Below are positions 13,201 to 25,200 of a stretch of 64,000 nucleotides of DNA, piece by piece. The DNA is from the human T2T-CHM13v2.0 reference genome, Homo sapiens, in the NCBI RefSeq assembly GCF_009914755.1, contig NC_060938.1. One strand, 5' to 3'. The position numbers and the translations under genes were made by a program. Position 1 is the stretch's first letter, and each line of letters opens with the position of its first letter. The notes below the pieces were generated by a model. It ran no database searches, was not told the origin of the DNA, and saw only the letters and a list, made by a program, of their open reading frames with translations.

Positions 13201-16200
13201 CCTTTCTCACCATAGAGCTGAAAGCTGTCCTAATGTTCACTTCCAGATACTACAGAAAGAGTGTTTCAAAACTGCTGTACGAAAGGGAATGTTCAACTCT
13301 GTGACTTGAATGCACACATCACAAAGAAGTTTCTGAGGATGCTGCTGTCTACTTTTTATACGTAATCCCGTTTCCAACGAAATCCTCCAAGCTATCCAAA
13401 TATCCACTTGCAGATTCCACAGAAAGACTGTTTCAAAACTGCTCTGTCAATAGAAAGGTTCAACTCTGTTAGCTGCATGCATATATCCCAAAGAAGATTC
13501 TGAGATTGCTTCTGTCTAGTTTTTATGGGAAGATATTTCCCTTTTCACCGTAGGCGTCAAGACGCTCCAAATGTCCACTTCCAGATACTACAAAAAGAGT
13601 GTTTCAAACCTACTCTGTGAAAGGGAATATTCAACTCTGTGACTTGAATGCACATATCACAAGGAAGTTTCTGAGAATGCTTCTGTCGAGATTTTATATG
13701 AAGATATTCCCGTTTCCAACGAAATCCTGAAATCTATCCAAATATCCCCTTGCAGATTCTACAAAAAGAGTGTTTCAAAACTGCTCTGTAAAAAGAAAGG
13801 TTCAACTCTGTTAGTTGAGTACACACATCACAAACAAGTTTCACACAATGCTTCTTTCTAGCTTGTAGGGGAAGATATTCCCTTTATCACCATGGGCCTC
13901 AAACCGTCCGATAAGTCCACTTCCATATACTACAAAAAGAGCGTTTCAAACCTGCTCTATGAAAGGCAATGTTCAACTCTGTGACTTGAATGCAGACATC
14001 ACAGAGCAGTTTCTGAGAATGCTTCTGTCTAGATTTTATAGGAAGATATTCCCGTTTCCAACGAAATCTTCACAGCTATCCAAATATCCACTTGCAGATT
14101 CTACAAAAAGAGTGTATCAAAACTGCTCTGTCAAAAGGAAGGTTCTTTTCTGTTAGGTGAGTGCATACGTCATAAAGGAGTTTCTGAGAATGTTTCTGTC
14201 TAGTGGTTATGGGAAGATATTTGCTTTTTCACCGTAGGCCTCAGAGCGCTCCAAATATCCACTTGCACATACTACAAAAAGAGTGCCTCAAAGCTGCTCT
14301 CTGAAACGGAATGTTCAACTCTATGAGTTGAATGCAAACATCGCAAAGACGTTTCTGAGAATGCTTCTGTCTAGATTTGATATGAAGATATTCCCGTTTC
14401 CAACGAAATCTTCAAATCTATCCAAATGTCCACTTGCAGATTCAACAAAAAGTGTTTTTCAGAACTGCTCTATCAAAAGAAAGATCCACCTCTGTTAGCT
14501 GAGTTCACACATCACAAACAAGTTTATGAGAATGCTTCTGTCTAGTTTTTATTTGAAGATATTTCCTTTCTCACCATAGAGCTGAAAGCTGTCCTAATGT
14601 TCACTTCCAGATACTACAGAAAGAGTGTTTCAAAACTGCTGTACGAAAGGGAATGTTCAACTATGTGACTTGAATGCACACATCACAAAGAAGTTTCTGA
14701 GGATGCTGCTGTCTACTTTTTATACGTAATCCCGTTTCCAACGAAATCCTCCAAGCTATCCAAATATCCACTTGCAGATTCCACAGAAAGACTGTTTCAA
14801 AACTGCTCTGTCAATAGAAAGGTTCAACTCTGTTAGCTGCGTGCATATATCCCAAAGAAGATTCTGAGATTGCTTCTGTCTAGTTTTTATGGGAAGATAT
14901 TTCCCTTTTCACCGTAGGTGTCAAGGCGCTCCAAATGTCCACTTCCAGATACTACAAAAAGAGTGTTTCAAACCTACTCTGTGAAAGGGAATATTCAACT
15001 CTGTGACTTGAATGCACATATCACAAAGAAGTTTCTGAGAATGCTTCTGTCGAGATTTTATATGAAGATATTCCCGTTTCCAACGAAATGCTGAAATCTA
15101 TCCAAATATCCCCTCGCAGATTCTACAAAAAGAGTGTTTCAAAACTGCTCTGTGAAAAGAAAGGTTCAACTCTGTTAGTTGAGTACACACATCACAAACA
15201 AGTTTCACAGAATGCTTCTTTCTAGCTTGTAGGGGAAGATATTCCCTTTATCACCATGGGCCTCCAACCGTCCGAAACATCCACTTCCATATACTACAAA
15301 AAGAGCGTTTCAAACCTGCTCTATGAAAGGCAATGTTCAACTCTGTGACTTGAATGCAGACATCACAGAGCAGTTTCTGAGAATGCTTCTGTCTAGATTT
15401 TATAGGAAGATATTCCCGTTTCCAACGAAATCTTCACAGCTATCCAAATATCCACTTGCAGATTCTACAAAAAGAGTGTATCAAAACTGCTCTGTCAAAA
15501 GGAAGGTTCTTCTCTGTTAGGTGAGTGCATACGTCATAAAGGAGTTTCTGAGAATGTTTCTGTCTAGTGGTTATGGGAAGATATTTGCTTTTTCACCGTA
15601 GGCCTCAGAGCGCTCCAAATATCCACTTGCACATACTACAAAAAGAGTGCTTCAAAGCTGCTCTCTGAAACGGAATGTTCAACTCTATGAGTTGAATGCA
15701 AACATCACAAAGACGTTTCTGAGAATGCTTCTGTCTAGATTTGATATGAAGATATTCCCGTTTCCAACGAAATCTTCAAATCTATCCAAATGTCCACTTG
15801 CAGATTCAACAAAAAGTGTTTTTCAGAACTGCTCTATCAAAAGAAAGATCCACCTCTGTTAGCTGAGTTCACACATCACAAACAAGTTTATGAGAATGCT
15901 TCTGTCTAGTTTTTATTTGAAGATATTTCCTTTCTCACCATAGAGCTGAAAGCTGTCCTAATGTTCACTTCCAGATACTACAGAAAGAGTGTTTCAAAAC
16001 TGCTGTACGAAAGGGAATGTTCAACTCTGTGACTTGAATGCACACATCACAAAGAAGTTTCTGAGGATGCTGCTGTCTACTTTTTATACGTAATCCCGTT
16101 TCCAGCGAAATCCTCCAAGCTATCCAAATATCCACTTGCAGATTCCACAGAAAGACTGTTTCAAAACTGCTCTGTCAATAGAAAGGTTCAACTCTGTTAG

Positions 16201-19200
16201 CTGCATGCATATATCCCAAAGAAGATTCTGAGATTGCTTCTGTCTAGTTTTTATGGGAAGATATTTCCCTTTTCACCGTAGGCGTCAAGACGCTCCAAAT
16301 GTCCACTTCCAGATACTACAAAAAGAGTGTTTCAAACCTACTCTGTGAAAGGGAATATTCAACTCTGTGACTTGAATGCACATATCACAAGGAAGTTTCT
16401 GAGAATGCTTCTGTCGAGATTTTATATGAAGATATTCCCGTTTCCAACGAAATCCTGAAATCTATCCAAATATCCCCTTGCAGATTCTACAAAAAGAGTG
16501 TTTCAAAACTGCTCTGTAAAAAGAAAGGTTCAACTCTGTTAGTTGAGTACACACATCACAAACAAGTTTCACACAATGCTTCTTTCTAGCTTGTAGGGGA
16601 AGATATTCCCTTTATCACCATGGGCCTCAAACCGTCCGATAAGTCCACTTCCATATACTACAAAAAGAGCGTTTCAAACCTGCTCTATGAAAGGCAATGT
16701 TCAACTCTGTGACTTGAATGCAGACATCACAGAGCAGTTTCTGAGAATGCTTCTGTCTAGATTTTATAGGAAGATATTCCCGTTTCCAACGAAATCTTCA
16801 CAGCTATCCAAATATCCACTTGCAGATTCTACAAAAAGAGTGTATCAAAACTGCTCTGTCAAAAGGAAGGTTCTTTTCTGTTAGGTGAGTGCATACGTCA
16901 TAAAGGAGTTTCTGAGAATGTTTCTGTCTAGTGGTTATGGGAAGATATTTGCTTTTTCACCGTAGGCCTCAGAGCGCTCCAAATATCCACTTGCACATAC
17001 TACAAAAAGAGTGCCTCAAAGCTGCTCTCTGAAACGGAATGTTCAACTCTATGAGTTGAATGCAAACATCGCAAAGACGTTTCTGAGAATGCTTCTGTCT
17101 AGATTTGATATGAAGATATTCCCGTTTCCAACGAAATCTTCAAATCTATCCAAATGTCCACTTGCAGATTCAACAAAAAGTGTTTTTCAGAACTGCTCTA
17201 TCAAAAGAAAGATCCACCTCTGTTAGCTGAGTTCACACATCACAAACAAGTTTATGAGAATGCTTCTGTCTAGTTTTTATTTGAAGATATTTCCTTTCTC
17301 ACCATAGAGCTGAAAGCTGTCCTAATGTTCACTTCCAGATACTACAGAAAGAGTGTTTCAAAACTGCTGTACGAAAGGGAATGTTCAACTATGTGACTTG
17401 AATGCACACATCACAAAGAAGTTTCTGAGGATGCTGCTGTCTACTTTTTATACGTAATCCCGTTTCCAACGAAATCCTCCAAGCTATCCAAATATCCACT
17501 TGCAGATTCCACAGAAAGACTGTTTCAAAACTGCTCTGTCAATAGAAAGGTTCAACTCTGTTAGCTGCGTGCATATATCCCAAAGAAGATTCTGAGATTG
17601 CTTCTGTCTAGTTTTTATTGGAAGATATTTCCCTTTTCACCGTAGGCGTCAAGGCGCTCCAAATGTCCACTTCCAGATACTACAAAAAGAGTGTTTCAAA
17701 CCTACTCTGTGAAAGGGAATATTCAACTCTGTGACTTGAATGCACATATCACAAAGAAGTTTCTGAGAATGCTTCTGTCGAGATTTTATATGAAGATATT
17801 CCCGTTTCCAACGAAATGCTGAAATCTATCCAAATATCCCCTCGCAGATTCTACAAAAAGAGTGTTTCAAAACTGCTCTGTGAAAAGAAAGGTTCAACTC
17901 TGTTAGTTGAGTACACACATCACAAACAAGTTTCACAGAATGCTTCTTTCTAGCTTGTAGGGGAAGATATTCCCTTTATCACCATGGGCCTCCAACCGTC
18001 CGAAACATCCACTTCCATATACTACAAAAAGAGCGTTTCAAACCTGCTCTATGAAAGGCAATGTTCAACTCTGTGACTTGAATGCAGACATCACAGAGCA
18101 GTTTCTGAGAATGCTTCTGTCTAGATTTTATAGGAAGATATTCCCGTTTCCAACGAAATCTTCACAGCTATCCAAATATCCACTTGCAGATTCTACAAAA
18201 AGAGTGTATCAAAACTGCTCTGTCAAAAGGAAGGTTCTTCTCTGTTAGGTGAGTGCATACGTCATAAAGGAGTTTCTGAGAATGTTTCTGTCTAGTGGTT
18301 ATGGGAAGATATTTGCTTTTTCACCGTAGGCCTCAGAGCGCTCCAAATATCCACTTGCACATACTACAAAAAGAGTGCCTCAAAGCTGCTCTCTGAAACG
18401 GAATGTTCAAATCTATGAGTTGAATGCAAACATCGCAAAGACTTTTCTGAGAATGCTTCTGTCTAGATTTGATATGAAGATATTCCCGTTTCCAACGAAA
18501 TCTTCAAATCTATCCAAATGTCCACTTGCAGATTCAACAAAAAGTGTTTTTCAGAACTGCTCTATCAAAAGAAAGATCCACCTCTGTTAGCTGAGTTCAC
18601 ACATCACAAACAAGTTTATGAGAATGCTTCTGTCTAGTTTTTATTTGAAGATATTTCCTTTCTCACCATAGAGCTGAAAGCTGTCCTAATGTTCACTTCC
18701 AGATACTACAGAAAGAGTGTTTCAAAACTGCTGTACGAAAGGGAATGTTCAACTCTGTGACTTGAATGCACACATCACAAAGAAGTTTCTGAGGATGCTG
18801 CTGTCTACTTTTTATACGTAATCCCGTTTCCAACGAAATCCTCCAGGCTATCCAAATATCCACTTGCAGATTCCACAGAAAGACTGTTTCAAAACTGCTC
18901 TGTCAATAGAAAGGTTCAACTCTGTTAGCTGCGTGCATATATCCCAAAGAAGATTCTGAGATTGCTTCTGTCTAGTTTTTATGGGAAGATATTTCCCTTT
19001 TCACCGTAGGCGTCAAGGCGCTCCAAATGTCCACTTCCAGATACTACAAAAAGAGTGTTTCAAACCTACTCTGTGAAAGGGAATATTCAACTCTGTGACT
19101 TGAATGCACATATCACAAAGAAGTTTCTGAGAATGCTTCTGTCGAGATTTTATATGAAGATATTCCCGTTTCCAACGAAATGCTGAAATCTATCCAAATA

Positions 19201-22200
19201 TCCCCTCGCAGATTCTACAAAAAGAGTGTTTCAAAACTGCTCTGTGAAAAGAAAGGTTCAACTCTGTTAGTTGAGTACACACATCACAAACAAGTTTCAC
19301 AGAATGCTTCTTTCTAGCTTGTAGGGGAAGATATTCCCTTTATCACCATGGGCCTCCAACCGTCCGAAACATCCACTTCCATATACTACAAAAAGAGCGT
19401 TTCAAACCTGCTCTATGAAAGGCAATGTTCAACTCTGTGACTTGAATGCAGACATCACAGAGCAGTTTCTGAGAATGCTTCTGTCTAGATTTTATAGGAA
19501 GATATTCCCGTTTCCAACGAAATCTTCACAGCTATCCAAATATCCACTTGCAGATTCTACAAAAAGAGTGTATCAAAACTGCTCTGTCAAAAGGAAGGTT
19601 CTTCTCTGTTAGGTGAGTGCATACGTCATAAAGGAGTTTCTGAGAATGTTTCTGTCTAGTGGTTATGGGAAGATATTTGCTTTTTCACCGTAGGCCTCAG
19701 AGCGCTCCAAATATCCACTTGCACATACTACAAAAAGAGTGCTTCAAAGCTGCTCTCTGAAACGGAATGTTCAACTCTATGAGTTGAATGCAAACATCAC
19801 AAAGACGTTTCTGAGAATGCTTCTGTCTAGATTTGATATGAAGATATTCCCGTTTCCAACGAAATCTTCAAATCTATCCAAATGTCCACTTGCAGATTCA
19901 ACAAAAAGTGTTTTTCAGAACTGCTCTATCAAAAGAAAGATCCACCTCTGTTAGCTGAGTTCACACATCACAAACAAGTTTATGAGAATGCTTCTGTCTA
20001 GTTTTTATTTGAAGATATTTCCTTTCTCACCATAGAGCTGAAAGCTGTCCTAATGTTCACTTCCAGATACTACAGAAAGAGTGTTTCAAAACTGCTGTAC
20101 GAAAGGGAATGTTCAACTCTGTGACTTGAATGCACACATCACAAAGAAGTTTCTGAGGATGCTGCTGTCTACTTTTTATACGTAATCCCGTTTCCAACGA
20201 AATCCTCCAAGCTATCCAAATATCCACTTGCAGATTCCACAGAAAGACTGTTTCAAAACTGCTCTGTCAATAGAAAGGTTCAACTCTGTTAGCTGCATGC
20301 ATATATCCCAAAGAAGATTCTGAGATTGCTTCTGTCTAGTTTTTATGGGAAGATATTTCCCTTTTCACCGTAGGCGTCAAGGCGCTCCAAATGTCCACTT
20401 CCAGATACTACAAAAAGAGTGTTTCAAACCTACTCTGTGAAAGGGAATATTCAACTCTGTGACTTGAATGCACATATCACAAGGAAGTTTCTGAGAATGC
20501 TTCTGTCGAGATTTTATATGAAGATATTCCCGTTTCCAACGAAATCCTGAAATGTATCCAAATATCCCCTTGCAGATTCTACAAAAAGAGTGTTTCAAAA
20601 CTGCTCTGTAAAAAGAAAGGTTCAACTCTGTTAGTTGAGTACACACATCACAAACAAGTTTCACACAATGCTTCTTTCTAGCTTGTAGGGGAAGATATTC
20701 CCTTTATCACCATGGGCCTCAAACCGTCCGATAAGTCCACTTCCATATACTACAAAAAGAGCGTTTCAAACCTGCTCTATGAAAGGCAATGTTCAACTCT
20801 GTGACTTGAATGCAGACATCACAGAGCAGTTTCTGAGAATGCTTCTGTCTAGATTTTATAGGAAGATATTCCCGTTTCCAACGAAATCTTCACAGCTATC
20901 CAAATATCCACTTGCAGATTCTACAAAAAGAGTGTATCAAAACTGCTCTGTCAAAAGGAAGGTTCTTCTCTGTTAGGTGAGTGCATACGTCATAAAGGAG
21001 TTTCTGAGAATGTTTCTGTCTAGTGGTTATGGGAAGATATTTGCTTTTTCACCGTAGGCCTCAGAGCGCTCCAAATATCCACTTGCACATACTACAAAAA
21101 GAGTGCTTCAAAGCTGCTCTCTGAAACGGAATGTTCAACTCTATGAGTTGAATGCAAACATCACAAAGACGTTTCTGAGAATGCTTCTGTCTAGATTTGA
21201 TATGAAGATATTCCCGTTTCCAACGAAATCTTCAAATCTATCCAAATGTCCACTTGCAGATTCAACAAAAAGTGTTTTTCAGAACTGCTCTATCAAAAGA
21301 AAGATCCACCTCTGTTAGCTGAGTTCACACATCACAAACAAGTTTATGAGAATGCTTCTGTCTAGTTTTTATTTGAAGATATTTCCTTTCTCACCATAGA
21401 GCTGAAAGCTGTCCTAATGTTCACTTCCAGATACTACAGAAAGAGTGTTTCAAAACTGCTGTACGAAAGGGAATGTTCAACTCTGTGACTTGAATGCACA
21501 CATCACAAAGAAGTTTCTGAGGATGCTGCTGTCTACTTTTTATACGTAATCCCGTTTCCAACGAAATCCTCCAAGCTATCCAAATATCCACTTGCAGATT
21601 CCACAGAAAGACTGTTTCAAAACTGCTCTGTCAATAGAAAGGTTCAACTCTGTTAGCTGCATGCATATATCCCAAAGAAGATTCTGAGATTGCTTCTGTC
21701 TAGTTTTTATGGGAAGATATTTCCCTTTTCACCGTAGGCGTCAAGGCGCTCCAAATGTCCACTTCCAGATACTACAAAAAGAGTGTTTCAAACCTACTCT
21801 GTGAAAGGGAATATTCAACTCTGTGACTTGAATGCACATATCACAAGGAAGTTTCTGAGAATGCTTCTGTCGAGATTTTATATGAAGATATTCCCGTTTC
21901 CAACGAAATCCTGAAATGTATCCAAATATCCCCTTGCAGATTCTACAAAAAGAGTGTTTCAAAACTGCTCTGTAAAAAGAAAGGTTCAACTCTGTTAGTT
22001 GAGTACACACATCACAAACAAGTTTCACACAATGCTTCTTTCTAGCTTGTAGGGGAAGATATTCCCTTTATCACCATGGGCCTCAAACCGTCCGATAAGT
22101 CCACTTCCATATACTACAAAAAGAGCGTTTCAAACCTGCTCTATGAAAGGCAATGTTCAACTCTGTGACTTGAATGCAGACATCACAGAGCAGTTTCTGA

Positions 22201-25200
22201 GAATGCTTCTGTCTAGATTTTATAGGAAGATATTCCCGTTTCCAACGAAATCTTCACAGCTATCCAAATATCCACTTGCAGATTCTACAAAAAGAGTGTA
22301 TCAAAACTGCTCTGTCAAAAGGAAGGTTCTTCTCTGTTAGGTGAGTGCATACGTCATAAAGGAGTTTCTGAGAATGTTTCTGTCTAGTGGTTATGGGAAG
22401 ATATTTGCTTTTTCACCGTAGGCCTCAGAGCGCTCCAAATATCCACTTGCACATACTACAAAAAGAGTGCCTCAAAGCTGCTCTCTGAAACGGAATGTTC
22501 AACTCTATGAGTTGAATGCAAACATCGCAAAGACGTTTCTGAGAATGCTTCTGTCTAGATTTGATATGAAGATATTCCCGTTTCCAACGAAATCTTCAAA
22601 TCTATCCAAATGTCCACTTGCAGATTCAACAAAAAGTGTTTTTCAGAACTGCTCTATCAAAAGAAAGATCCACCTCTGTTAGCTGAGTTCACACATCACA
22701 AACAAGTTTATGAGAATGCTTCTGTCTAGTTTTTATTTGAAGATATTTCCTTTCTCACCATAGAGCTGAAAGCTGTCCTAATGTTCACTTCCAGATACTA
22801 CAGAAAGAGTGTTTCAAAACTGCTGTACGAAAGGGAATGTTCAACTCTGTGACTTGAATGCACACATCACAAAGAAGTTTCTGAGGATGCTGCTGTCTAC
22901 TTTTTATACGTAATCCCGTTTCCAACGAAATCCTCCAAGCTATCCAAATATCCACTTGCAGATTCCACAGAAAGACTGTTTCAAAACTGCTCTGTCAATA
23001 GAAAGGTTCAACTCTGTTAGCTGCGTGCATATATCCCAAAGAAGATTCTGAGATTGCTTCTGTCTAGTTTTTATGGGAAGATATTTCCCTTTTCACCGTA
23101 GGCGTCAAGGCGCTCCAAATGTCCACTTCCAGATACTACAAAAAGAGTGTTTCAAACCTACTCTGTGAAAGGGAATATTCAACTCTGTGACTTGAATGCA
23201 CATATCACAAAGAAGTTTCTGAGAATGCTTCTGTCGAGATTTTATATGAAGATATTCCCGTTTCCAACGAAATGCTGAAATCTATCCAAATATCCCCTCG
23301 CAGATTCTACAAAAAGAGTGTTTCAAAACTGCTCTGTGAAAAGAAAGGTTCAACTCTGTTAGTTGAGTACACACATCACATACAAGTTTCACAGAATGCT
23401 TCTTTCTAGCTTGTAGGGGAAGATATTCCCTTTATCACCATGGGCCTCCAACCGTCCGAAACATCCACTTCCATATACTACAAAAAGAGCGTTTCAAACC
23501 TGCTCTATGAAAGGCAATGTTCAACTCTGTGACTTGAATGCAGACATCACAGAGCAGTTTCTGAGAATGCTTCTGTCTAGATTTTATAGGAAGATATTCC
23601 CGTTTCCAACGAAATCTTCACAGCTATCCAAATATCCACTTGCAGATTCTACAAAAAGAGTGTATCAAAACTGCTCTGTCAAAAGGAAGGTTCTTCTCTG
23701 TTAGGTGAGTGCATACGTCATAAAGGAGTTTCTGAGAATGTTTCTGTCTAGTGGTTATGGGAAGATATTTGCTTTTTCACCGTAGGCCTCAGAGCGCTCC
23801 AAATATCCACTTGCACATACTACAAAAAGAGTGCCTCAAAGCTGCTCTCTGAAACGGAATGTTCAACTCTATGAGTTGAATGCAAACATCGCAAAGACGT
23901 TTCTGAGAATGCTTCTGTCTAGATTTGATATGAAGATATTCCCGTTTCCAACGAAATCTTCAAATCTATCCAAATGTCCACTTGCAGATTCAACAAAAAG
24001 TGTTTTTCAGAACTGCTCTATCAAAAGAAAGATCCACCTCTGTTAGCTGAGTTCACACATCACAAACAAGTTTATGAGAATGCTTCTGTCTAGTTTTTAT
24101 TTGAAGATATTTCCTTTCTCACCATAGAGCTGAAAGCTGTCCTAATGTTCACTTCCAGATACTACAGAAAGAGTGTTTCAAAACTGCTGTACGAAAGGGA
24201 ATGTTCAACTATGTGACTTGAATGCACACATCACAAAGAAGTTTCTGAGGATGCTGCTGTCTACTTTTTATACGTAATCCCGTTTCCAACGAAATCCTCC
24301 AAGCTATCCAAATATCCACTTGCAGATTCCACAGAAAGACTGTTTCAAAACTGCTCTGTCAATAGAAAGGTTCAACTCTGTTAGCTGCGTGCATATATCC
24401 CAAAGAAGATTCTGAGATTGCTTCTGTCTAGTTTTTATGGGAAGATATTTCCCTTTTCACCGTAGGCGTCAAGGCGCTCCAAATGTCCACTTCCAGATAC
24501 TACAAAAAGAGTGTTTCAAACCTACTCTGTGAAAGGGAATATTCAACTCTGTGACTTGAATGCACATATCACAAAGAAGTTTCTGAGAATGCTTCTGTCG
24601 AGATTTTATATGAAGATATTCCCGTTTCCAACGAAATGCTGAAATCTATCCAAATATCCCCTCGCAGATTCTACAAAAAGAGTGTTTCAAAACTGCTCTG
24701 TGAAAAGAAAGGTTCAACTCTGTTAGTTGAGTACACACATCACATACAAGTTTCACAGAATGCTTCTTTCTAGCTTGTAGGGGAAGATATTCCCTTTATC
24801 ACCATGGGCCTCCAACCGTCCGAAACATCCACTTCCATATACTACAAAAAGAGCGTTTCAAACCTGCTCTACGAAAGGCAATGTTCAACTCTGTGACTTG
24901 AATGCAGACATCACAGAGCAGTTTCTGAGAATGCTTCTGTCTAGATTTTATAGGAAGATATTCCCGTTTCCAACGAAATCTTCACAGCTATCCAAATATC
25001 CACTTGCAGATTCTACAAAAAGAGTGTATCAAAACTGCTCTGTCAAAAGGAAGGTTCTTCTCTGTTAGGTGAGTGCATACGTCATAAAGGAGTTTCTGAG
25101 AATGTTTCTGTCTAGTGGTTATGGGAAGATATTTGCTTTTTCACCGTAGGCCTCAGAGCGCTCCAAATATCCACTTGCACATACTACAAAAAGAGTGCTT

